A stretch of DNA of 64,000 bases from NCBI RefSeq assembly GCF_001194135.2, contig NC_068984.1, forward strand, positions 118,691,085-118,755,084, given 5' to 3'. A program made the position numbers and the translations under genes. Below, piece by piece: positions 1-11,520 of the stretch. Origin of the DNA: Octopus bimaculoides (taxonomy: Eukaryota). Position 1 is the stretch's first letter, and each line of letters begins with the position of its first letter. The notes below the pieces were generated by a model that saw only the letters and a list, made by a program, of their open reading frames with translations, was not told where the DNA came from and did not search any database.

Positions 1-32
1 ATATATATATATATATATATAGATATATATAT

Positions 33-63
<31 letters not shown>

Positions 64-402
64 GATCTCTCTCTCTCTCTGTCCCTCTTTCTCTCTCTAC
101 CTCTCTCTCTATATATATATATGTATGTATGTATGTATGTATTATAGGTATATATTATACACACACAACTCCTTCAGAAAAGCGATAAAAAAGAACAATT
201 AAAGTACTGGGCTGATCTAATGTCCGACGAGGGATTACACACACATAAATGTATGCATGTACCAGGAAAAAAAAAAGAACACACGCACACACACACATAT
301 ATATATATATATCTTAATGTATACATGTGTGTATATATAATTGAACGAAATAAACATAAATATATATCTTAATGTATATATGTGTTTATATATTAAATGA
401 AT

Positions 403-473
<71 letters not shown>

Positions 474-884
474 NNNNNNNNNNTTTAATTAATTGAAATT
501 GTAACAAAAAAAAAGGAAGAAGGAAAATGATGACAACTAAATTCTACATGTTACGATCAATTGTGAAGTGACAAAACAAATAAATAATATATAATGTAAA
601 CAAAGAAATGCGATTTGTTTTCACGTAACTTCTAGAGCAAACCGAAATGAATGTTTAAACTGTTTCATAACAGCAACAAATGCTAATCAGAAAGCACGAG
701 ACACTTGTCAACTACGAGCATCGAGACGATGTAGTAGAAAGAGATCGTGTGAGAAAACCAGTGACGAAGCGAAGTAAAAGTGCTATCGATTACCCCCGTT
801 TCCGATCGAAAGATTTTGAACTAAGCAACGATTGATATTTAATTTCTCTTGAAATAAAGACAAAATAACAAACTATATATTTAC

Positions 885-1013
885 CTCTATATCACTCCAT
901 ATTGAATCTTCGCTATCGGAAGAACCGTCAGTGTGCACAAGCTGTAACCTTTTGTGAAGAATGTGTAACGGCTTCACCAAGACCTCCTCGAGTCGATCCT
1001 GACCGTTGGCCAT
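885..1013 (-). CDS. Putative first coding exon (43 codons, MANGQDRLEEVLVKPLHILHKRLQLVHTDGSSDSEDSIWSDIE) of a gene continuing left of the window
   Basis: ATG in strong context (gctATGG) with an in-frame TAA 9 codons upstream. Open frame of 129 nt ending at GAG|gtaaat (phase 0). Lies at the edge of a CpG-rich segment. Protein not recognised. Confidence 0.6.
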
Positions 1014-1345
1014 AGCTACTATGAAGTTGATATAACAGATACGTTACGCCACATGTAAAGTCAAGCCGAGTGGAACAAACAGGCAGCGTGCGTCAGTCCG
1101 ATAGTAGCAGTGCCACAGACACCGAAGACAAAGTGGCTGTGTATTGACAAGGAATCGTAATAAGTTGCTGGTTAAAACAGAGCAACACCATTTCATCAGA
1201 GAAGCGGGTGTTTCTCTTACGACTTACAAACCCCCTTTACACACGTGACGTTACGAAGGATTTTCCGGTGTAGTGTCTGTGCAGACAATCGAAATGAGAA
1301 AATGCTCGTATGAAAGAAAACCTTCTAGCCACGCCTACGTAGGCC
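1014..1345 (-). promoter_or_regulatory. CpG-rich 5'UTR/promoter-like region upstream of the 885-1013 exon
   Basis: Visibly more CpG than flanking DNA. Overlapping E-box/CRE-like motif cacgtgacgt near 1243-1252. Position directly upstream of the ATG exon. Confidence 0.45.
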
Positions 1346-4039
1346 CCCCCCCTCACCTTTTGGCGAAAATAAATAAAAATCAGGAATAAATTAAATATTG
1401 CTGATTAACATACTATAATATTCTTTTCTTTTTTTTCCAAGTTTCATTCATGTAATTCATTCATAATAATAAGGTTTCTTCACAACAGAATATTTGTTTG
1501 ATGTAAACTAGATACCACTCACTTCAAAGAAAATTATATGAAACTAATACAATAGATATAAAAAATAAATATTTTAAATCTGAAATAACATTTCCGATTT
1601 TTGAAAAAAAATTATATTTTTTTCCCTGAAGCATTTTTTGAAACGTTGAAGTATCTTAAAAAATAACAAATTATTATAATCAATATTGTAGTTGTCCTTA
1701 GAAAGGTGTGTTATCACACAGGTTGTCTCTTGGGAGGAGTTGCAATCCTGGACAAGCAATGACCATGATTAAGTGCCTGGCATCTGCAATGTTTAAGGTG
1801 GTTGCAGTAATTCTCTATCAGACAGATAGTGTGACTTGTGGTATATCAACTTTTCAATTCTATGGAGGGTTAGTGGTGACAAGCAGTAGTTGTTGATGTT
1901 GGAGCTATTTAACAGGTTATTTTAGACAACATTCAGTCTGGAGGCGAAGAAGAACTTTAAGAAATTGACTGTGACATAGACGGGGGCAATCATACTCAGT
2001 TCTGGATAAACTCTATAGATATGGTACTCTACAAATGTGGTACTGTCATTTAAACCTGTCCAAGATAAGTGCACAATAACAAAACCTTTCTGAACACATA
2101 CACTTGTTAATCAAAGCATTGCTTATTTGTAGAATTATGTTGAATAGTGATTAAGACGGATGTGGCTTTCAGCTGAGACTATCATATGGATCAACCTACC
2201 ACCTTTCTTCGGAAAAGCAAACAGCTGTTTTCCAGTGTGGTGAAATTTGGCTAGCGCAGTTGAAGCTGGGACAAAATTGAAAGGACTGAAGACAGACACT
2301 TTCCTCTTTGGTTAACACTAATCAAATTCTTTAAGATCCACTTGAAGAGGGAGGTGCTGCCTTTCATTAAATATGATGAACAGTTAGTGAGAGCAGTAAG
2401 AATGGCTTAGGTGAATGAGCCTACTCACAAGTCATACCCATAGAGCTAGAAAACACAGCTGGGAAGAGACACTTCCGCACTTGGCACTCAGCATAATCCT
2501 GGATATGTGGAATTCCTTGATTGGCCCTAGATGTTTTTTCCCATACCTGTTCGGACATTTCATTTCATTCCTTTAGAACACTACTGTTTTCCATGCTTGT
2601 TTTATTTTTCATTGAAAACACATGAGCAGAGACAATGAAGAGTTAAGAAGGCCCTTTAGTCTGGTTGAGAACATGAGAACCTGTCTAGGACTAGTAACAC
2701 ACACAAAAAAAAATACACTCAGTACCTTCTGTAAAGTTGTTAGGAAAGACAACCATACTAAAGATGGAATATACTAATAAGATGTGATCCTCTGACTTGT
2801 CTAGGAGAGCAGTAAGTCTGAATAAGAACTGACTTGGAACTATGATGATCCATCCACCTACACCAGCATAGAAAGCAGATGTAAATAACAATGATGAAGA
2901 TGATGATGATGATGGTGATTCTGCATAAATTCCCAATATTCTTCTGATTTGTACTTTTCTCCTTTTTATTTTTTTTTGGGTCCTAGTTTTATAGCAACTC
3001 TGGCAGAACCGTTACAGCATTGGAAATTCCCCCAAGGTCCACTTTGTCTCTCAACTTTTCAGAGTCATTAAAATAAAGTACCAGTCAAATACAGGGGTCA
3101 ATGGTATTCATTAAATCCCTCAAAATTGCTGGCTTGTGCTAAATTAAAAACCATTGTTAATACCTTTAATCTGTAACAAGAATATTTAGGACTCAAACCC
3201 GGATGCCAAAAGCCAATGCAAAAAAAAAAACAAAAAAAACAATCAATAGCAATTAACTCACATATTACCAACATCAGAAAACCATTTCACCATTGAAGAC
3301 TTCATGTGAACCAGATTGAACATTTCCATCTTTGGTACACTTTTTCTGACCAAGACCACCACTATATATTCAGCACATTCTAGCTGCTACAGGCAGACAG
3401 CAAACAGGACACAACACATTGCAGTCAGCAAGCAGTAGCAGAACCAGCAGCAGGCCAGAGCACTGTCACAACACAAAAACAATGGACAGTAGCAGCAGTA
3501 ACTCACCCTGACCAGCTAACATCAAGAAACTCGTGACCATGACTACTATCATATCTAATCCAAGAACAATAAGCTTCAGGTTATCTCGGTATTTGTCACT
3601 GATGGTATACAACATTTTTGTTTGTGATAAAAATAAGTTTTTATTAATAATCTCAAACAGATTTCAGTGTTCTTTTTTGTAACAAATCTTTCAAAGGTCA
3701 CTAAAATTAGTTCCAGCCTTGTATGGCCTTGCGCTGAAGTTAGAAATTATTATTTTAAAAGGATTGATGGAACTCATTACAAAAGTAAACAGACAAGACG
3801 AAGAGCGCGATGCAATTGCAATAGATATTTTATTGGTTGAACAATATGTTGAGTTCAAAATGGAAAGTGATAAAAATTTAAAATTATAGAAATTCAAATC
3901 TAAAATATGAACAAGAGTAACCAGCGTCCACACGTTGATGGAATGACATCATCGGTCTTCAAGTTTCAATTTTACAACTGGCGAAAAGTAAATGAAAGAA
4001 AAGAAAAAAGGAAAGAAAAAAGAAAAGGAAAAAGAAGAA

Positions 4040-5085
4040 TATTTAATCAAACAGTCTTGTGTAAATTTGATGAAATTCTCCTGTCATTTTATTCATTCCT
4101 CCAGGGCATAGTGTTAGTAACCCACAAACATATTTATCCTCAGGCATTTTGAGTATTGAAAGTGTATCAGATTCAGAATATTTTCTGAGAACATGTACTT
4201 TCAAGTCCTTTTCAAAATTGCAGCCGTTTGATGCAAAATGTTTAGCAAGTTCTGTCAAACTACTGTTATTGTGCCCATTAAATCTTTTGTTTAATTGTTC
4301 TGTTGTACAACCAACATAAATCAAGTTGTGTTTCGTGTATTCTGCTGTGTACACCAAATGGGAATCTTTACATGTCCCACCTTCTGTATAAATCATAACA
4401 TTTCTATTATGATTCCTGATGGAATTCACTTGACTCATGTTCTTGCTTACCTCTCCTGCAGCTGTTTTACAAGTTACAGCATGCAGATACTCCAATGTTA
4501 GTTTTCGTGGAGTCAAAAGTAGAGGTTAATAGTTCTCATGTATTTTCATTCTGTCTAAAGGCTATAATAGGTGGCTGAGGAAATATTTGTTTAAAATGAG
4601 GACATTTTTCCACAACATGCTGGTAACTTTCATGCAACACTTTTGAAATGCCAAGGAAATTTCAGTGCCAGTTAATCACTAAAGCAATTCTGTCACATAT
4701 TGTACTGTGTTTGCTAAAATCGTGCATGAAGGTTTGGCTTTCTTTGCTAATCTTAGCTATGTCATGTGCTGTCTCTTTTAATTGGGATTCACAGTAAATG
4801 CATTTGACATAATGGTGTACAAAAGCATTTGCATGTTTCCAGTAATCCCCTATGTCAGTACAAATCTGTTTTACCCTCAAAAATTGGGATTTCGGATTTG
4901 ACTGAATTATATGATGTGGATGATTGGTGTAGCAGTGGAGGTAAATGTGGGATGATGTGGGCTTGCAAAATAACTGCCATTATTCTGCCTCCAAAAAACT
5001 TAACTTCTGTGTTCAAAATTTCAACTCTAGTTTTTGAAAAGCTAGACATAAATTTTATCTTGGATTCTAAGCTATAGTTTTTAAA
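4040..5085 (-). mobile_element. 5'-truncated Penelope-like retroelement (PLE): RT C-terminus/thumb, linker and GIY-YIG endonuclease, frameshifted
   Basis: Minus-strand frames give KPTSSHIYLHCYTNHPHHIIQSNPKSQFLRVKQICTD (PLE RT thumb motif, approx. 4850-4950) and an intact C-terminal domain ...HLVYTAEYTKHNLIYVGCTTEQLNKRFNGH...EDKYVCGLLTLCPGGMN (4043-4516), typical of PLE GIY-YIG domains. Confidence 0.9.
4043..4516 (-). pseudogene. GIY-YIG endonuclease domain of the Penelope-like element
   Basis: LVY...IYVGCT...RFNGH motif spacing and the terminal TL-x-P-x-GMN motif seen in the ORF track. Confidence 0.85.
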
Positions 5086-5135
5086 ATAGCTTAATTAACT
5101 TCTTGCATTTCTGTGACTGTTATTTATTGTCATTA

Positions 5136-5139
5136 TTGC

Positions 5140-5226
<87 letters not shown>
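5136..5226. repeat. (ATT)n microsatellite
   Basis: Direct reading. Confidence 0.95.
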
Positions 5227-5227
<1 letters not shown>

Positions 5228-5500
5228 GGCAACAGGCTAGAAGAATAGTTAGCATGCTGAACAAATTGCTTAGCAGCATTTTGACTTTACCTTTCATCCT
5301 TTCACGGTTGATAAATTAAGTAACAGTTGAGCACTGGGAAGGGTTAAGTTGATTACACCGACCCCAAGTGCTCAACTGGTACTTAATTTATCAACCCTCA
5401 AAAGGATGAAGGGCAAAGTCAAACTCGGTGGAATTTGAACTCAAAATGTAAAGATGGACAAAATGCACTAAGCATTTTGCCTGATACAGTAATGATTATA
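5228..5500. mobile_element. Two SINE family B copies in tail-to-tail inverted orientation
   Basis: Left: ...ttgataaattaagtaacagttgagcactggg. Right: cccaagtgctcaactggtacttaatttatcaa..., the reverse complement. Both match family B copies at 17560 and 63687. Confidence 0.8.
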
Positions 5501-5884
5501 ACGTGATTATTAGTTACATACATAATGCAAATTACAAAATCAAGGCAATAAGCCTTGACTGTGTTGCAAGTCTCTGATGGTTTGATAATAAGTGATCATT
5601 ATGTAATATGCATAGCATAGCTAATAATCATCTTTTGTTAATGAAAATGCGTAAAATGGTGTAACTAAATACCTTATAGACAATCTCTTGTTTATTTTTT
5701 GCTGTTGTTTTCTATGTATTCTTTGGACAATATTCAAACCTGGATTTCATAACAATGGATACAATTACAATACGTCAGCAGAAATACGCATTGTGTTCTA
5801 AATACTGGTTATTTCTCAGATAATTTAAGGCTAGTATTGCACTGGATGTGTGTATGTGTGCACATAAATATATATATATATATA

Positions 5885-6390
5885 CTACATATGTGGAAAA
5901 TCGGTATCTGCTTGTTTGTGGCATTGTTAGCTAACTCCTCCTACATCGTCTTATTGATTTTGATGAAACTTGGCGCGTGAGTAAAACTCATGTCTGGAAA
6001 CCTCATGACATACTTAGATTGTTGAAAAAAATCGATAATACGGCCCCTGGAAGGGACCTTTATATCTACCTCATATAACTAATTTTTTTACACACCCAAG
6101 GAAAATAACCCATTTTATTGTTTATGTTCGATTACTTTGAATATTGATTTTTTTTTGCATGTCCTATTTCTAATTTTTGCAGACAATATCACTTTTATAC
6201 TTTATTTGACACGTGAGTAGAACTAATGTCTGGAAACTTCGTGACATACTTAGATTGTTGAAAAAATCGATAATAGGGCCCTTCCAATGGATCCTTCTAT
6301 CTACAACATATTACTAATATTTTGTTTAAACAACCCAAGGGAAATAACCCATGCCACTTGCAGGTTTTAGCAAAGCGATCAATATTTGAT
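5885..6390 (+). mobile_element. Putative Helitron/Helentron-associated non-autonomous element with an internal approx. 130-bp direct repeat
   Basis: Starts tatatactac...gtatctgcttgtttgt...gattttgatgaaactt (DINE/HINE-like 5' signature). Segment gtgagta..aactcatgtctggaaac...gaaaataaccc occurs at approx. 5977-6110 and 6212-6350. Confidence 0.4.
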
Positions 6391-7257
6391 TCTCACAATC
6401 AGCTGATCTAATTCTGCATTTCACTACACACAGTTTTGAACTGCTAAACATTATTATTGCATTTCCTTAAAGACTTCATTCATACATTTCTATACATACA
6501 TACTTTTTTGAATGCCCATTACTCAGATAATTCTGCATTTTTAGTTACAGTTTTTCCATGACAGTAGATAAATTTTTTATTCCACAACGTATTTATAGTG
6601 GCTTCATTAGCCCTTGTGAAAGTGTGTTCTTGTATAGCCCAGGGCCAACCAAAGCCTTGTGAGTGGACTTGGCAGATGGAACCTGAAAAACACTTGTGTG
6701 TGTGTGCGTGCGTGTGTGTGTGTGAAGTCACCTTCAGTACTATTGATAACATGTAAACTTGTTTAATACATTGCGTGGTCAGTCCATCAGCAACTAAACT
6801 AGCATCTCTATGAAGACTAATTGGCACAGAGAGTAGTTTTCATTGGACACCCTGCAGGACAATGAACAAAACCTGTCACATGAGAAATGAACATAGTAGA
6901 GTCAACAGCCATCAAACAGCTGAGAGTGAGATACCTCTCCTCTTTACTTAGACATTGCTTTAGAATGAAAACTCTGATGTAACACCTGTTACTTCATTTG
7001 CATCCATTTATGCATACTAGTTCTTTTTGGGCAAATGCATGTGTATTAAGAGCAAAACACTTCATCGCACGTTCCTCTGCAATCACTTTGACACCTGACA
7101 TATGCTATGCTGCACACCTGTTCAGGTAACTTGATTTAATAGAGAAAGTGAGCTAATATACAGCAAAAACATTGATCGCGATGAAGAAATCATTTGTACA
7201 GGTTGTTCAGCAAGAAATTGCAAAACTGTCTTTCTCAGATGAGAGACTACTATCACA

Positions 7258-7350
7258 TGTATGTATGTATGTATGTATGTATGTATGTATGTATGTATGT
7301 ATGTATGCATGTATGTATGTATGTACGAATGAATGTATGTATGTGTGTGT
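7258..7350. repeat. (ATGT)n microsatellite
   Basis: Direct reading. Confidence 0.95.
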
Positions 7351-7423
7351 GAATGTATATGTGCATGGTTGAGTGTGCGTATATGTGTTCATGTCTCCTT
7401 GTATGTATGTATATATATATATA

Positions 7424-7572
7424 TTTTTTTCCATCTATTTTAATACTGTTTTATATATATCATCATCATCATCGTTTAACGTCCGCTTTCCATGCTAGCA
7501 TGGCTCAGTCAAATCGTCCAACACATGCTAGCATGGAAAGCGGACGTTAAATGATGATGATGATGATGATGA

Positions 7573-7603
<31 letters not shown>

Positions 7604-7630
7604 ACAGTATTAAAATAGATGGAAAAAAAA
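7424..7630. repeat. Fold-back inverted duplication involving the 3' end of a family D SINE and its flank
   Basis: Arm 7424-7502 (ttttccatctattttaatactgtt...tttaacgtccgctttccatgctagcatg) is the reverse complement of 7524-7630. Spacer 21 nt. Confidence 0.9.
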
Positions 7631-7635
7631 GATTT

Positions 7636-7690
7636 TATTTAGTACGACACATGTTTCGACCTGTTCTGGGTCTCTTCAGGTACATAAATA
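7636..7690 (-). ncRNA. Type I hammerhead ribozyme motif, apparently intact (minimal, PLE/retrozyme type)
   Basis: Minus strand: GUAC-CUGAAGA-GACC cagaaca GGUC-GAAAC-AUGU-GUC/GUAC. All core nucleotides present, stem I and stem II pair, stem III is short with palindromic ACAUGU. Predicted cut between 7646 and 7645. Confidence 0.85.
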
Positions 7691-8260
7691 AATATAAAAA
7701 AAAAGACTCACTAGAGATTTGGCTTTATGTATCGCTAAAGGTCTGTCAACTATAGATAATAACAGGTAATCGAAACTGTGTTGGTGCTTTACTCATCATC
7801 CACATACATTTTGTATAATTTCACCATTANNNNNNNNNNNNNNNNNNNNNNNNNNNNNNNNNNNNNNNNNNNNNNNNNNNNNNNNNNNNNNNNNNNNNNN
7901 NNNNNNNNNNNNNNNNNNNNNNNNNNNNNNNNNNNNNNNNNNNNNNNNNNNNNNNNNNNNNNNNNNNNNNNNNNNNNNNNNNNNNNNNNNNNNNNNNNNN
8001 NNNNNNNNNNNNNNNNNNNNNNNNNNNNNNNNNNNNNNNNNNNNNNNNNNNNNNNNNNNNNNNNNNNNNNNNNNNNNNNNNNNNNNNNNNNNNNNNNNNN
8101 NNNNNNNNNNNNNNNNNNNNNNNNNNNNNNNNNNNNNNNNNNNNNNNNNNNNNNNNNNNNNNNNNNNNNNNNNNNNNNNNNNNNNNNNNNNNNNNNNNNN
8201 NNNNNNNNNNNNNNNNNNNNNNNNNNNNNNNNNNNNNNNNNNNNNNNNNNNNNNNNNNNN

Positions 8261-8313
<53 letters not shown>

Positions 8314-8685
8314 GTGTGCATTTATATATATATATTTCTGAGTGTGTTTAAGTATATGAGTATGTACATGTGGTACTGTAAGTGTATAATAAACTAGATG
8401 TCTGTATGCGAACTGCTTCATCATATCATGGGATGTAACAAGCTATATGCCTTCACAATTATCTCCCTTACACTGCCAACTCTTAACAACTAACAGCCTT
8501 TTTCTGGTTGAATAAAACATGTCACCACTGATGAAAGGACAACATACATTGTGTTTTACACACAAGAGTTACAATGAAGGTTAGTGCATGTTGAACACCA
8601 ACTAGCCTGTATATATACTTTCACATATCTTACGGTTTCTATGGTACTGAGTACTTATTCAGACTAATGCCACTATACACACACA

Positions 8686-8744
<59 letters not shown>

Positions 8745-8894
8745 CACATATAGTAATGTCTATTCTCACATTAATACGGCTGTTCTATAGGAATCGGTGT
8801 TACTACCATTTTTAACCCCAGGAGGATCCTCCTCCAGTTGGTTATCGAAGCAATCTGCACCTGATATATATTGTAAGCAGAGAGGCTAGTTACA

Positions 8895-9088
8895 AGCTAC
8901 TAGTAGTTTCATGCACCAGAGATGTAGACTAGGCAAGTTTTAATAACACACCTTGTGTCTCCAAGCAATCTCAAGCTCTGAGCACATAGCCTATACAACT
9001 TAAGAGCTGGAAGATAGCTTGAAGACACAAGGTCTGTTACTAAAACTTGCCTAGTCTACATCTCCAATGTATGAAACTATTAGTAGCT
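8895..9088. repeat. Approx. 85-bp-arm imperfect palindrome with a 23-nt loop
   Basis: 8895-8979 is the reverse complement of 9003-9088 with scattered mismatches. Arm ends carry gaaacta(c/t)tagtagc. Confidence 0.9.
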
Positions 9089-10265
9089 CATAATTATATA
9101 GCTACTTTGGTTGTTACATATATATATATATATATGTATATAATTAATAGTTTAAAGAAAACAGTGAATACATATAGAATATTTACTTTTTAATCATTTT
9201 GCAGTCATATAAAGTTCTTTTTTGCTTACACAACATTTCAGCCATTTAAAGTGTGTTATGATGTAATAATAAACAATCGTCGGCACTCGATTTCCAGGGC
9301 GCCGCCTTCGGATGCACTTCCCCTCCGATCCGTCGTCGTGACCCGTTCCCATCGGGCCGGTAGGCACGTGGCGTCTGCAGGTCACAGGCGAGCGCCCCGG
9401 CATCTGGACCCACGTCTAGAAAAAAAAAATTTTTTTTCTAGACACTGAAGTATTAATTTATTGATTTTTAAAAAATATTTTTTTTTTATACGCGATAGAC
9501 TGTACTCACTTTTTTCTATATGCCTGTCTAAATGAAGTATTGTTTCATCCTCTGTGGTTTTGTACATCTGTATTCTATGTATAGAAAAAGCATTATGTTT
9601 CTTTATATGTGATTAAATGTTCGAGATGTGATATATTAGTTGGATGACCTTAAATTTGTTGTTTGTTCCACAACCAAAGTTTGTTATACTCGTCTCATTT
9701 ACTTGAGCACTTCTCTTGCAGTCCTATTAACCCTCTTGTTCCTAATAAGAAACAATCACTATTATTATTGATATATTATAATATACACACACACTTTTTT
9801 ATCTTTTATCGTTTATTCATTTTAGTCTTTGGACTGTGACCATGCTGGAGCACTACCTTGGTGAGTTTCTTTAAACAAATCAACCTTAGTGATTATTTTT
9901 AGACATGGTACTTTTCAATTGGTCCTTTTTTGCTGGACCACTAAGTCATGGAAATGTAAACATATCAACACTGGTTGCCAAGCATTGTTAAGAAACAAAC
10001 ACACACACACACACACATATAATGAGCTTTTTCAGCTTCCATATACCAAATCCACTTACATGGCTTTGGTTGAACCAGGGTTATAGTGAAAAACACTGGC
10101 CCATATATAAGTATATATATATATATATTCATTATGAAGATATTTCTTAAACATCTTATAGGGATAGTTTTATCCAAGATACCCTGGTTTAATATATTAT
10201 ATTTTGAAGAGATATTTCTTCAATAAATATATTATAAAACATCAAATATTGTTAANNNNNNNNNN

Positions 10266-10393
10266 AAAAAGAGACCGATAGAATAAGTACTAGGCTTACA
10301 AAGAATAAGTCCCGGGGTCGATTTGCTCGACTAAAGGCGGTGCTCCAGCATGGCCGCAGTCGAATGACTGAAACAAGTAAAAGAGTAAAAGAG
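10266..10393 (+). mobile_element. SINE family A, 3' part (little diverged)
   Basis: aaaagagaccgatagaataagtact...ggcggtgctccagcatggccgcagtcgaatgactgaaacaagtaaaagag matches copies at 53467 and 62626. Confidence 0.9.
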
Positions 10394-11189
10394 TATATAT
10401 ACACACACACACACACACACATACATACATGAATACATATGCATATACACAAACAGTAATTCGGAATGCCACATCTGTACAGTTACGAATAAGTTTAAAA
10501 ATGAATAAATGGAACAGGATTAAACTCTTATCATAATACATTTATTTACTCTGCTATATCAGCCAACAGGCTCGAAACAGAAGTTGTGAGAAAGGAGAAA
10601 ATGCATAAATTCATTTAGCTGCTCACGTCTGTTTATTTTTACATTTGATCTGTCATACACAGATAGCGAGTGTTGTGTTGCATAGAAGCAGAATGTCAGT
10701 TGTCAATAGAGGATTTAGTGAGTTTCATTTGTTTAATAAAGATTATGGTGTTTGTCATGTCTTTTTTATCTATGACCGGATACTCTTCTCATATCTTTAC
10801 AGAATAAACTGGGTACAATTTATCACACTACTAAATCATTATGAATGTTTACACATGGATTAAATTATCCTCTAAAGCTTGTAGCTGTACTTCTTCTAGT
10901 CAAAGTTTCATTTCTTTCAGAATCGTTGCAAGTTCTCACGTTTTAGTATGTTTGCGTACTCCGTTCATTTCCTGTTATTCTTTCTTTCTTTAGCAAGGCT
11001 TTCCTACCAGGATCCCCTGCTTAACACCAACTATCTCACAGCATACATCAAACACTCCCTATCATTCGACGGGGATAAGAGATATCATCAATAAAGAAGC
11101 AAACAATGGAAGTAATGTACAGCCCCTTCTTCCTTTACATTACTTCCATTCATTCTTTTCTTTTTGTAGCATGGTTAAATAATAATATA

Positions 11190-11229
<40 letters not shown>

Positions 11230-11267
11230 TATATTATTATTTAACTTGGAAAAAGCCTCAGGCCAAC

Positions 11268-11520
11268 CAAAGCCTTGTGAGTAGATTTGGTAGATGGAAA
11301 CTAAAAGAAGCCCATCATGTGTGTGTGAGTTTGTCCCCCATCACCACTGGATAACCAGTGTTGAGGTGTTTAGGTCTCCTACTACTTAACAGTTTGTCAA
11401 AAGAGAATGATAGAATAAGTACCAGGCTTAAAAAAATAAAAGCTGATTCATTCAATTAAAAATTCAAGGTGGTACCTCAGCATGGCCGCAGACTAATGAT
11501 TGAACGAGTAAAAGATAAAA
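11268..11520 (+). mobile_element. SINE family A, 5'-truncated
   Basis: ggccaaccaaagccttgtgagtagatttggtagatggaaac...cagcatggccgcagactaatgattgaacgagtaaaag. Confidence 0.85.

Noticed and set aside
3700-3960. Plus-strand frame KLVPALYGLALKL...EQYVEFKME resembling a hAT dimerisation region
   Set aside because: It lacks the SIPATS-like motif, contains stops, and is antisense to the PLE 3' region.
10345-10390. Hammerhead in the family A tail (cagtc-aaat-gactg-aaac-aa-gta)
   Set aside because: No CUGANGA upstream and no stem I.
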